64,000 nucleotides of DNA, taken from the NCBI GenBank assembly GCA_000091205.1, contig AP006496.2; one strand, given 5' to 3'. A model generated the notes under the pieces. The model saw only the letters and a list, made by a program, of their open reading frames with translations, was not told where the DNA came from and made no database searches. The stretch is from Cyanidioschyzon merolae. Taxonomy: Eukaryota. Positions 24,407-34,091 of this stretch are shown in pieces. A program made the position numbers and the translations under genes. The first letter of the stretch is position 1; every line of letters begins with the position of its first letter.

Positions 24407-25065
24407 TCAAGCACCAGCGCTGTAACAATGCTGGCTGGGATCCGAGCCCAAGATGACGTAGGTGTAAATTTCGTCGTTCAGCATTTGTGCGGTATACGAT
24501 GCGATAAACTTGTACCGACCAGAGGTCAGCGCTGAACGGAATACCCGTTCCATCTCTGGAACCACCAGCATTGCAGCTTCAAAGGCCTCCCGTCCAAAGA
24601 GGCCCTCGCCGCCGTATGCATACGGACTCGACCAGTTGAAATAGTGCGCTGGCAACTTTGTGGCATGCGCAGCGCCCATATAGTCGGTGCTGGTCCAGCC
24701 GCCCACGGCGAGCGCTGACTCGACAGCTGCCCGTCCGAGCGCACTGCAGTTGCCAGCGGCCACGTCTGCTATCGGACACTCCACCATGTTATCCACGACG
24801 TTCGCAGCACCAATGATCAGTCCCTTGTTCAGACACAGGTCATGATCAAGGTCTGCAAGCGCATTCATGATGGTAAAGTCGTATTGCGACACGTTCAGGG
24901 CCATAGCGTCGGTCTCGTTGATGTAGATGCCACCGAGCGCCCTGCTCGGCACCCGCAGGATACTCTCTTCGAGCGTCTCGAGGTTCAGCGGCGTAACCAC
25001 TGTCGCAGCACAACGAGACAAACATCCCGCAAGCCCCCACAGGCTAAGAAAAGCGAAAAGAAGCC
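24407..25065 (-). CDS. Secreted Cys-containing protein with a signal peptide and N-glycosylation sites; unknown family. Paralog of the gene at 30544..31191.
   Basis: Signal peptide MRAWLLFAFLSLWGLAGC. Shared C-terminal motif LGSDPSQHCY and overall about 40% identity with the paralog. ATG at 25065. Confidence 0.55.
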
Positions 25066-25856
25066 ACGCTCGCATATTAATCAGAACAGAGCCACGTTCC
25101 AGGAAAAACAGCAATGTCTCTATCGTGGGTGGTGCTGCATTGGGGATCAAGGCGCACCGCGTGTGCGTGCGTCTGTGCGCGGAGCGCCCTGCGGCGAACA
25201 GGCCCCGGTGCAGGCCCTGCGAGACGCCGCGGTGGCACCACCGGCGCACGCCTCGGGAGCCGGCACACTCGATCCGTGGCGATCGAACAGGCCCAGCGGC
25301 AGCGCCAAAATGGGCGTTCGGGACGTCGGCGGCGCCACCAGCATCAGCGATCGGCGCCAGATTAGGAAGCGATGCGTGCCGGCGCGCGCTGTTTCCGACG
25401 TTCCAGGCGTCGACGCGTCGATGTCGGTGGTGGTGGCTGCGGGCGCCTGCATCTCCACTTAGGTGAGGGCGGTACTGAGATGGGCAGGAGCGTCGGCACC
25501 AGCGACATAGCATAGAGCAGGAGTGCATTCTACGTGAATTTCCAATCTAGGACACCTGATTTCAGCTGCAGTGCGATGCGAACACGCATGTGCCAATGCG
25601 GCTTCGGACACGTGTGCTTCATCGATCGGAGCAGCGTCTCGTGCAGTGCACGCATCGCGCTCGGTGAGCGCACCCCGGAGATCAGGCAGTCCATTGACGC
25701 GACGCGTATGTCGCCAATGAGGGGAAACGTGATCTTGATCAGTAACGTGTAGCCGCAATGTAAAATTGTAATTTCATTGAGTTCGTATCCAGGTATAGTT
25801 TTTATTTCAATTGTGCTTCACCCTTAAAACAAGCGTAGTCAAGTGTTTTCTCGCGG

Positions 25857-25863
25857 TATATAA
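25857..25863 (+). promoter_or_regulatory. Conserved TATATAA box 56 bp upstream of the uORF ATG (25919) of element copy B.
   Basis: Aligned with the copy A TATA box within the conserved 5' end. Confidence 0.45.
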
Positions 25864-26079
25864 CAGAAGCGTTCAAAGAACGTTCTTTTTCAAAAAAAAA
25901 TCTAAAAAAAGGAAAGTTATGAAAAAGCAAGTCGACGATCCTGGAGGCCCAGTGTCGCTGGCTGCCAGAAAAAACGAAAAACAGTGCCGTGCCCAGAAGA
26001 AAAGGAGAAGAAAAAGAACCGAAGGGGAGAGGTCCTACGTCGAAGGCGGCAAGAAAGACGACTGTACGACGAGAAGGTG

Positions 26080-28177
26080 ATGAGAGCCTTTCTTCTTGGC
26101 CATATCAGGGATCCGTACAGGGAAAAGTTGCGAGACGCTATCGAAAAACGCGTCGACTCGTACCCCAAGAGTATTGTCAAGGCGTCGTCAGGGCTCATGC
26201 ATTTGGCGAGGGAGATGTATCGCGACGTGACGCACATCGAAACGGTCGAGCTTCCGGACGAGTTTTTCGACATCACCTTTATTCGACACCTGATGCTTGG
26301 CACAGGGGAAGCGCGGAGGGAAAATGTGCTAGTGCATGGCCCCCACGAAAAACATCCCTTTTACAGCTTCCAGGGTAATCGATACAGCGATGACGGAAAT
26401 ATTTACACATGCGGGGTAATGAAGTACATCACGAACCCGAAGAACCATTTTACAGTGAACCTCGAACGTTTCATGATACGCGCCGTGTTTCCACTCTACC
26501 CGGGCCTGTCTCGCAAAGAAATACGGGCGATTATCAATGGCATCACGAAGGATCGTAAGCATAAAGATGAGGTCGAATTCGTCGACAAGAAGCCGTCACG
26601 CAGGAGCACGAATGAGGATTCTGTAATCCGTGCGGTTGTACAAGAGCACCGTGCGGTACTGGGGCTGGCGAGTCCAACGGAAAAGATATCAGATTTAAAA
26701 AAAGATAAGGAAAGATACTATCGCCTCGTCCCGCGATATTTTGTGTTTCTGGACCGAGAGCTCGAACGCAAGGCAGAGGTGAAGCTGAATGGGAAAAATG
26801 ACGAGTGGGAGAGACGGAGGGCTTTCCTAATGGGAAGCGCTTCAACCTCGTTCCAATGTGCAACATCAAGTCACATTTTGTGAGTATCGACTCCAGGATC
26901 CTTCATGGCATCATCAGGGAGATCTGTCCGGAGTTCGATATAAGGGAGACAGAGTTCACCGGTGAAAACCGGGAGACATACTGGAAGAATATCTTCAATT
27001 TCAAACGTCTCAAAGTGACCAAACAAAAGGTATTTACTGGGTTGATCGAAACCGATGGAGTAGCCATGTGTATACACTATCAGCGTTTGAAGAAAGATCG
27101 TCCTGGTCCGCCCTCGGCGAACCACGAAGATGAGACGGAGGCGGTTCCTGCCACGTAGAAAGTGCAGGAAAACGACTTTGTCGTTGGTGCGGCGAAGCAT
27201 AAAGATGAGGAGGAGGAGGATCCTGCGACGCATGAGGTGGAGGATAACGACTTTGTGGTAGGCGTGAACCCCGGGAACACGAATATCATAACCATCGCTG
27301 TATCCAAGCGTGCAGAAGATGGTACTGACGGCAACTTGCGTCAGAAGACATGCGACTTTTGAGGTGCTCGAGAGCAAAATGCTATCGAGAATCCGGTATC
27401 ATGAATGCAAGGAAGAAAATTGAGACATGGAATGCAGTAATGAAGGATCACCCGGAAGCTTTGAGCGAGGTGACGAGCCGCGGCGGGGACTTTAACGCTT
27501 TTCTGAAAATCATGAAACTTCGCGTTGCTCGTTGGGATGCGCTGTGGGAGGAGTATACAAAGCCTCGGTGGGCTCGTCAACGTATGAAACTATACTGTGG
27601 TAAGCGGCGCGCGTTCGCGAATTTTTTCAATCAGTTGAGCGCCCTCAAAGAGGATGAAAGTCAGAGGCTCGTAGTAGCATACGGAGCAGGGCGCTGGAAG
27701 ATCCAAAAAAGGACTACGCCAGCTCCATCGACAAGAACGTATAAGGAGTGTGCACGGCGTTTTGCTACAATACCTGTTGATGAGTTCCGAACATCGTATA
27801 CACACCATGAACGGTGATGTACGCTCCAGAGAGTCGAGATGAAAAAGCGCCAGAGGAGCCCTGAGGATATAAAAAAGTACGGAGCGCAAACGGAAGAGCA
27901 AATGGAAAGGAAAGCGAAAGTTCGTGGACTGATCGCATTGGCGAGTACAATCAATGGCAAGAAACGTATCGAATTCGTGAACCGAGACTTTAACGCCGCC
28001 ATCAATAGAAGGAGATGTGCGGCGATGGAGACGAGACCTGCGGAGTTGACAAGAGAGAATTTTATGGGGCAACCTCTCAAGGTGGAATTATACGATACGA
28101 AGCTGAAGTCAGTAGTAGGTGGCCGGTCGAGAAAGACGGGGAGGCGTCTGCATTTCAGTTGGAGACGTCTCGTCTAG
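26080..28177 (+). pseudogene. Fanzor1-like (TnpB-like) RuvC nuclease gene, disrupted. RuvC-I has mutated to GVNPG (D to N). RuvC-II IPVDEFRTS, RuvC-III VNRDFNAAINRRRC.
   Basis: Main ATG at 26080, overlapping the stop of a 53-codon basic uORF (25919..26080, TGATG). A 1-bp indel at AFLMG/KRFNLV. Nonsense TAG at VPAT*KVQ where A has CAG. A 1-bp deletion at RQKT/MRLL. TGA at HHER*C where A has ATGGGT. Elsewhere continuous where A is broken. Confidence 0.75.
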
Positions 28178-28724
28178 GACGAGTTCGCCGCCACTGCTGT
28201 ACACCGCTGGCGGCAGCGTTGTTCTTTTGGAAAGCGTTTGTTGTTCGTGGTGCTCTTGCCGTTTGTCTCATGCGCGTTTGAAGGTGCGAATTTAGCAAGT
28301 CGAGTTGGGCTCGTCACGGGTGTGTGTGCACCGCAGGCGCGGGCAACGTGGTACACGACGCTCGTACCTCCACGGATGCTTCCAAGTGAACCACTGGTGC
28401 CGGACTGGTGTTCCTCTCAGAGATAGTGGTTTAACCGTTTCCGTTTCCCCGCGGTTGCTGAGCGCAGAAGGGACAGCTTTGCTGTACGAATGGACGAATA
28501 TCGCTTCGAGGTGCACTGTCCAGCATACCGGGCATAGAGGCTGATAGATCGGGCGCTTTGGTATCGGTGCGTTGCGAAACCGCGCAAGGTTCAAGAAGCA
28601 TGCAGTCCGCTTTACTTTCTGGATTTTTGGCACCAGTGCCCATATACGGTTGCTCGAACCGAATACAGTGCTTTCGCTAGGCGCTAGCGGCAACGGAGCT
28701 CAATGATCATGCGCTGCTCCAGTG

Positions 28725-29156
28725 TCAGAGAGAAATGGAGCTGGTGTGCTGATTCGGGTGTATTCGCTGAAGTTTTGATTTCTTTCCCTTGTGATGCGCA
28801 CCAGCTTTTGCGGACATCTTCCGCGCCCGCTTCCTTTTCGTATCTCGCATATCGGCCTCGGAATACGCCGGTGCCGTGTCTCGCCTCAGCTGCGGTGTCA
28901 GCAGCGGAAGGATGTTGATGACAGCGTTGGAGCCCGCGTTTCGTTGTTTCCCACTGCTGTTGGAGCATTTTACGCAGAGGCGCAAGTTCCTATCTACGAT
29001 TCGCTTTCCTTTTTCTGCTTCATTGTATGGAGCGTCGGTGTGCTCTTCACAGCCGTCATACGTGACTGTGGTGAGGTGTTTTCGTATATCCATCACTAGA
29101 CCCTTTCTCCTCCTCCTCCAAGGTTTTTTTGCGATGTGGCGCATGAACGCTTGCAT
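28725..29156 (-). pseudogene. Relic of a second, divergent TnpB-like family: zinc finger plus degenerate RuvC-III. Possibly extends to about 29.85 kb.
   Basis: RIVDRNLRLCVKCSNSSGKQRNAGSNAVINI follows the C..C-(x)-NAAxNI layout. It is 17/30 identical to the relic at 60.7 kb. Weaker upstream similarity LLAVVYEKKSHTC...GTAPAGSRP to Fanzor LVVAYGAG...RTTPAPSTR. Confidence 0.4.
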
Positions 29157-30543
29157 CAGCGCTCGGTACGTGTCCTCGACTGGTACAGATGGCTCTTTTC
29201 GATGTTTTCATCAGGCGCCGCGCCCGGTGCTGTGCCCAGTGATCACGGCTCGCGTCAGACGATTCCCTCGGCGAGTACTCTGTCCACCGCACATGCAAGC
29301 GAAGGCTGTTCCACTCGATACGGGATTAGCGGCACCCGATATCGTCCGTAATCAAACAAGTGCGGGAAGGGTAATCCAGTTTAGAGAAAAGTTGAGAACA
29401 TTCGATCCGTCTCCGTTCCCTTCGCGCACAGCAATGACGCACTCTCTAAAGGGAGCGGTCGCTTCGATGACGCAAGTCGCACTCTGAATCCAAGACGATT
29501 TTCCATGCGAACACACGGGACGAGAGCCCGCTGGAGCAGTTCCCGCAAAATGTTTCGTACAGGTGTGAGATTTCTTTTCGTAGACGACCGCTAAAAGAGG
29601 CGGATTTGTGTTTTTCGAACGGAATCGATAAATTGACATGACAAGTTCAGTGGTCTTTTGGCAAGAGTTTTTGATCAAGAGGTCATGGTGCGACGTCGAG
29701 GATGCTTCTGCGTCATTCCAGCGGGGCGAGTTGCCGCGCGCACGAGTTTCCATGCAGGATATTGATCGAAAACTTGAAGAATACATGGTTTGAGCGTGGG
29801 GCACGTAGGGATCGGAAAAGGACGGAGGAACACAGGTATGCATTGGATAACGATATCGGTTATTTCACGAACCCTCGCTCGAGGGCGTCGCAAATCATCG
29901 CGATTCAACGGACGTCACGAATTCCAGCTCTGTACTGTATCGAAAGAGCCTCCCAAAGTAAATATGGCCGAGAATCACTGACCTACATATCCATCCGTAC
30001 GCCCGTATTGTTGCGCTTAGAATACCGCGGTTGTAGACCCAAGAACGCGTTCGGAATAGAGTCGGAAAGCAGGAGCAGAGTGAGCAGTTCAGTGCTCCAG
30101 TTGAGAGCCTGGCACGCGTATGAGCTCGACGCGCGCATCCATCGCCTGCCGCCGTGCACGGCAATTTGCCAGCGGCGGAAATCATCGCGCCATCGACAGG
30201 AGCCACTGTGCGCGCTGAACGACGTCGCCTTGCTGTGGGCGCGCCTCGACCCGAACGCGTCGGTGTTTGCTTCACAAAATCGCGTGCAGCAAAGGCATCG
30301 AAAGACGGGGATTCGGAGCGGCTCATGAGCGCGCGCACCATGGAATGCGTGACACGTGTCCCACAGCGGCGCGGTGACGTGCACGTGCCGAATTTGGCAG
30401 CGCTGTGTGTTGTATTGGGATGTGGATGCGGTGCGAAACGCTCGGTGTGTATCGACACGAACGCATTTGCATGTTTTTTTGCGACTGTAGCAGATACTTC
30501 AAGGCTAACCTGTGTCTTCGACTACAAGTCGTTTATTATTCCG

Positions 30544-31191
30544 ATGGTTTCGAACAGGTCTGCGTTTAGGCTAGCCGTGCTCGCTCTTGCGCTGATACTC
30601 TTTACTATGATCTGGGACGCTGCTGTCTATCGGGGAACCTCAGCGCTGCCGCTGAGCACCCAGGTACGCGCTGCAGAGAACAGAACGCACCACCTCCCCG
30701 ATGCCGTTGCAGCGGCGCTCAACTACACGCAGTTCGAGTACACGCTCGCAAACTCACTGTATAAAATCAACCCGCATATATGCCTGAACTATGCCTTGTC
30801 AGTTGCGGCAGCGAACCTGGCGGATCTCCTCACCTACTGCACGCCAGATCAGGTTGGGAATAACAGCTGTAGCGCTCTGACGCCCGGTGCTATCGCTCGG
30901 ACGCTGCTCGCTGCGGGATGGACCAGCACGAATATCCAGCTCGTGGACCTCGCAGCCAAGGTGCCAGCAAGGTATTTCAATTGGTCGACCAGTGACGGGC
31001 TCTCGGGTCTGCAAGCGTACCACGTCGGTCTTCAAGCTGCACCATACGTTGTGAACCAACTGCGGCCTTACCTACATAGTGGACAACTCAACCTGGTTGG
31101 GGTAGGTGCAGTGGCTCTCCGCACAGACTACGTGTACGCGATGGTTGCCCTGGGCGGGGATCCATCGCAACACTGCTACGAAGCGAGCTAG
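30544..31191 (+). CDS. Secreted or membrane-anchored Cys-containing protein; paralog of 24407..25065.
   Basis: N-terminal hydrophobic segment AFRLAVLALALILFTMIW. C-terminus LGGDPSQHCYEAS. ATG at 30544. Confidence 0.5.
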   Translation: MVSNRSAFRLAVLALALILFTMIWDAAVYRGTSALPLSTQVRAAENRTHHLPDAVAAALNYTQFEYTLANSLYKINPHICLNYALSVAAANLADLLTYCTPDQVGNNSCSALTPGAIARTLLAAGWTSTNIQLVDLAAKVPARYFNWSTSDGLSGLQAYHVGLQAAPYVVNQLRPYLHSGQLNLVGVGAVALRTDYVYAMVALGGDPSQHCYEAS

Positions 31192-31974
31192 TGAACGGCG
31201 TATCGTGGCATGCAGGCATCGGGCTTGCGAACGGGCGCATGGTGTCGATCTGCACGGTGAGCGGGATGTACGAGGCGCTGCCCATCACTGCGCACAGCGG
31301 TACCCCATGGGAATGCTCGCTCCGCGCTGTGACGCAGCGAGTGCCGGCGACAGACACCGTGCCATGCCGTGCTGTGCTTTGCTGCCTGTGTATTGGAAAC
31401 GTGTATGGTTGGAATCCTCGGTGCTGGAGCACCGACAAACTCGACACCTTGGAGTATCGCCATGTGAGCTATGCGGATACGGGACACGCGTGCGTGCAGA
31501 CGTGTCCGTGCATCGACGCTTGTGACAGCGCCACGAAGGCTAGCGTGCGATCCTTGGTATCTTGGCGCCTTCTGCAGGCACCAGGCGCCGCCGACGGAAA
31601 GCGCATCGGGGCATGTTCTGCACGCAATGGTGCTCGCTCTCGAGAGCGTGCTGCGGGAGATACGGACGGCATTCGAGTGCAAACCAGCGGTGGACGTGAC
31701 GTGGGATCCGCATCGTGTGTTTATTAGCTTTTGTCTGCTGCAGTCGGATGTCGTTTCTATGTCGTCGACGCGAATGCTCCCTATCACATTTCTGGGGTAT
31801 TTTTGGGACACCCACTTTTACTAGCAGCCCACTGATGCGCACCGTCTCTCGGCAGGATGAGGCAGCATCGATTCCGAGGCGTGCGCGTCGCGACTCGGCT
31901 GCACGCACTGGCGGGCATGCAGCTCGATGCATGCATGCATGCGGTCAAGTTGAAGCGGCTGCTGAACGCATTTT

Positions 31975-32150
31975 ACGGGATGATCATATCGACTGCCTGT
32001 GCGTCTTCCCCGTAAACATACTCTATTTTGGTGAAAACCCTGACATACTGCAGAACGCATTTTGCATGATGATCATATCGACTGCCTGTGCGTTTCCCCA
32101 CAAACATACTCTATTTTTGTGAAAACCCTGACGTATGCTGGATACCTTCG
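31975..32150. repeat. Direct repeat of 88 bp, 2 copies.
   Basis: gatgatcatatcgactgcctgtgcgt...aaacatactctattttggtgaaaaccctgac at 31990 and 32078. Confidence 0.8.
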
Positions 32151-32996
32151 TCGAATCCATTGCTTGCGCCTGTGAATCGGAACAGGAATCGCAGAAACAG
32201 AGTTGCGATCCAGTGAAGCGATCCCGACGGCTTTGCAATGAATCCCGTGTCTGTGCGGCCTTCTCGTGGACTGTACATGCGCATCCGAGGGGTGCAGCTC
32301 CGTCGCATGCGTCCCGCGCCATCCAAAAATGACACTACGGGGTATCGCCCTCGTCGATCGTTGTCAGGAAAGCGACAGCGCTTCTGATTTTGCAAAGCGC
32401 GCATACCTAGGTCCTTGAATTCCAGACGCGGTCCACGAGGTCTACCCCAGTCAGGTCCATGTGCGAACGCGTTTATCGACGGTCGCACCGCATCGATGCA
32501 GTGATGATGGGAGCGGCGACGAAGGCGCTGCACTTCGGGTCGATAGCCGCAACGGCACCGCAATACTGTGCGATCTGCGGTTGGCGACTTTTATCTCAGG
32601 CACGGCATCTCGAGGTCTTTTATTGCTTGGTCAATCAAAGGTCAAAGCCCGACGACGAGACCGGTCTCGGGTTCGTAGCACATAGAAGCGTCTGCGGCTG
32701 ATGCGAGATCGCTTCCGTGGTAACAGGCACCACTCGCACATCCTAAGAATCCTGATTAGGCGGATCCAGCTTGTTTCACAGACAAAGAATGTAGTGCATG
32801 CTGCGCCCTGCGCGGGCGCAGAGGTCTCGTTGCTCGAGTTTTGCAGCGTGAACCGCTGCGCAAACGCGCTACCGACCGCGTCGCGTTGCTGACCCAGCTC
32901 GCTTATGCAAAGAGCGCCGCTTTCCCGCAGGCAAAGATCATTTCCGGGATGCCAACACTGCCACCGCCTTCGCCATTATCACCATTACCACGAAAA

Positions 32997-34091
32997 CTAG
33001 CGCTGCAACGGAACCAGGCCATCCGCAATCATCTGCTGAACATGCTCTCGAATCGTCAGATCGACACCGCGATACTCCATGCCAAGAAGCGTCTTCGATT
33101 TCGCGACATTGAAGCAAATCGGAATACCAACTCGATGACGAATCATCTCCCACGGCAGTCCGATAAATGGACCCGCCAAGTACATGAGCCACTTGGGAAG
33201 CTCTCGTTGTGGTAATCGGAAGCGCTGACCCCATTCGGCTCGCACCGCAGACGCCACTTCCAGAATGGACTTGTACCCAGCAACGACAATATACCGGCCA
33301 CTGGGGACGCGCTTCTTATCGCTGCCAGCACGGAGATGCGCCAGCGCAACGTCCCGAACGTCCACGATGGACTGCTGCCAGGCGGGCACACCCAATGCCA
33401 AGCGGCCGCCAAGCAGCTCTCGCATGAACTCGACTGAACCGGACTCGGTCTCCGTGGTTAACGAAGGCCCCAGGACGAATCCCGGCAGGATGGTGACCAA
33501 GTCCCAGCTCTTGTCCCGGTTCTCAGGGGCATGCGCGAGTTCCCAAGCGCGCCGCTCTGCTGCCGTCTTGCTGAAGCTGTACGGATCATTCTGCGGCGTT
33601 GATGTGGTGTTCCAGTCGGTCTCGTCATAGGTAGGCACCGGGTTGCCGTGCTTCTGATCATAGAAGCCGGTGACGGCAGCGATGGACGACGTCACCACAA
33701 CGCGACGGAGAGTCCGGCGCGTCTCAGGCCGCAAACAAGCACGCAACACGTTCTCCGTTCCCCGGACAGCCGGGTCGATAAAGCGTTTCTGACCACTTTC
33801 TCGAGACTTGCTGATTTGGAAAGGTGACGCAGTATGGTAGACCACTGAGCACTGCTTGATTGGTTCATTGAAGCTTTCCGCGTCCAGCAGGTTCGCTTGG
33901 TGAAGGACGAGTTGTCCGCCCTGCGAAGCGTGCTCCTCTGCGAGCCTCTTCAGGGGCTCTGTTTTCCGGTTCAAGTCCCGAACTGTGGCGTGAACGGTGT
34001 ATCCCTGCTCTAGAAGGTACTTTACGAGCCAGCATCCGATGTAACCGCTTGCACCTGTGACACAGACCGATTTATCTGCAGAAGAAGTCAT
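32997..34091 (-). CDS. NAD(P)-dependent epimerase/dehydratase-family reductase (cinnamoyl-CoA reductase/DFR-like).
   Basis: VTGASGYIG Rossmann motif and catalytic YSFSK (YxxxK). First ATG at 34091; the upstream M in the ORF track is GTG. Confidence 0.75.
   Translation of the reverse strand: MTSSADKSVCVTGASGYIGCWLVKYLLEQGYTVHATVRDLNRKTEPLKRLAEEHASQGGQLVLHQANLLDAESFNEPIKQCSVVYHTASPFQISKSRESGQKRFIDPAVRGTENVLRACLRPETRRTLRRVVVTSSIAAVTGFYDQKHGNPVPTYDETDWNTTSTPQNDPYSFSKTAAERRAWELAHAPENRDKSWDLVTILPGFVLGPSLTTETESGSVEFMRELLGGRLALGVPAWQQSIVDVRDVALAHLRAGSDKKRVPSGRYIVVAGYKSILEVASAVRAEWGQRFRLPQRELPKWLMYLAGPFIGLPWEMIRHRVGIPICFNVAKSKTLLGMEYRGVDLTIREHVQQMIADGLVPLQR

Larger units (their letters stand above)
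25570..28245 (+). mobile_element. Copy B of the Fanzor/TnpB-like element.
   Basis: Homology to copy A is lost upstream of gctgcagtgcgatgcgaac (about 25570) and downstream of ttgttcttttggaaagcgtttgttg (28219-28243). Confidence 0.75.

Noticed and set aside
24407-25528. Long N-terminal extension of 150 aa on the secreted-protein ORF
   Set aside because: The Arg/His/Ala-rich frame has no start context. A clean signal peptide begins at the ATG at 25065.
25534-25752. Possible conserved ORF within the element 5' end (ORF 25534..25752 in B, 19347..19676 in A)
   Set aside because: Conservation is at nucleotide level with a 1-bp indel, so the copies use different frames. Ends and starts differ. More likely non-coding 5' end sequence.
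25984-26079. The ORF track's N-terminus MPCPEEKEKKKNRRGE... for the Fanzor-like gene (and 19285 in copy A)
   Set aside because: The track's M is a GTG. This purine-rich stretch is really the +1 frame of the conserved basic uORF. The first true in-frame ATG is 26080 (19189 in A).
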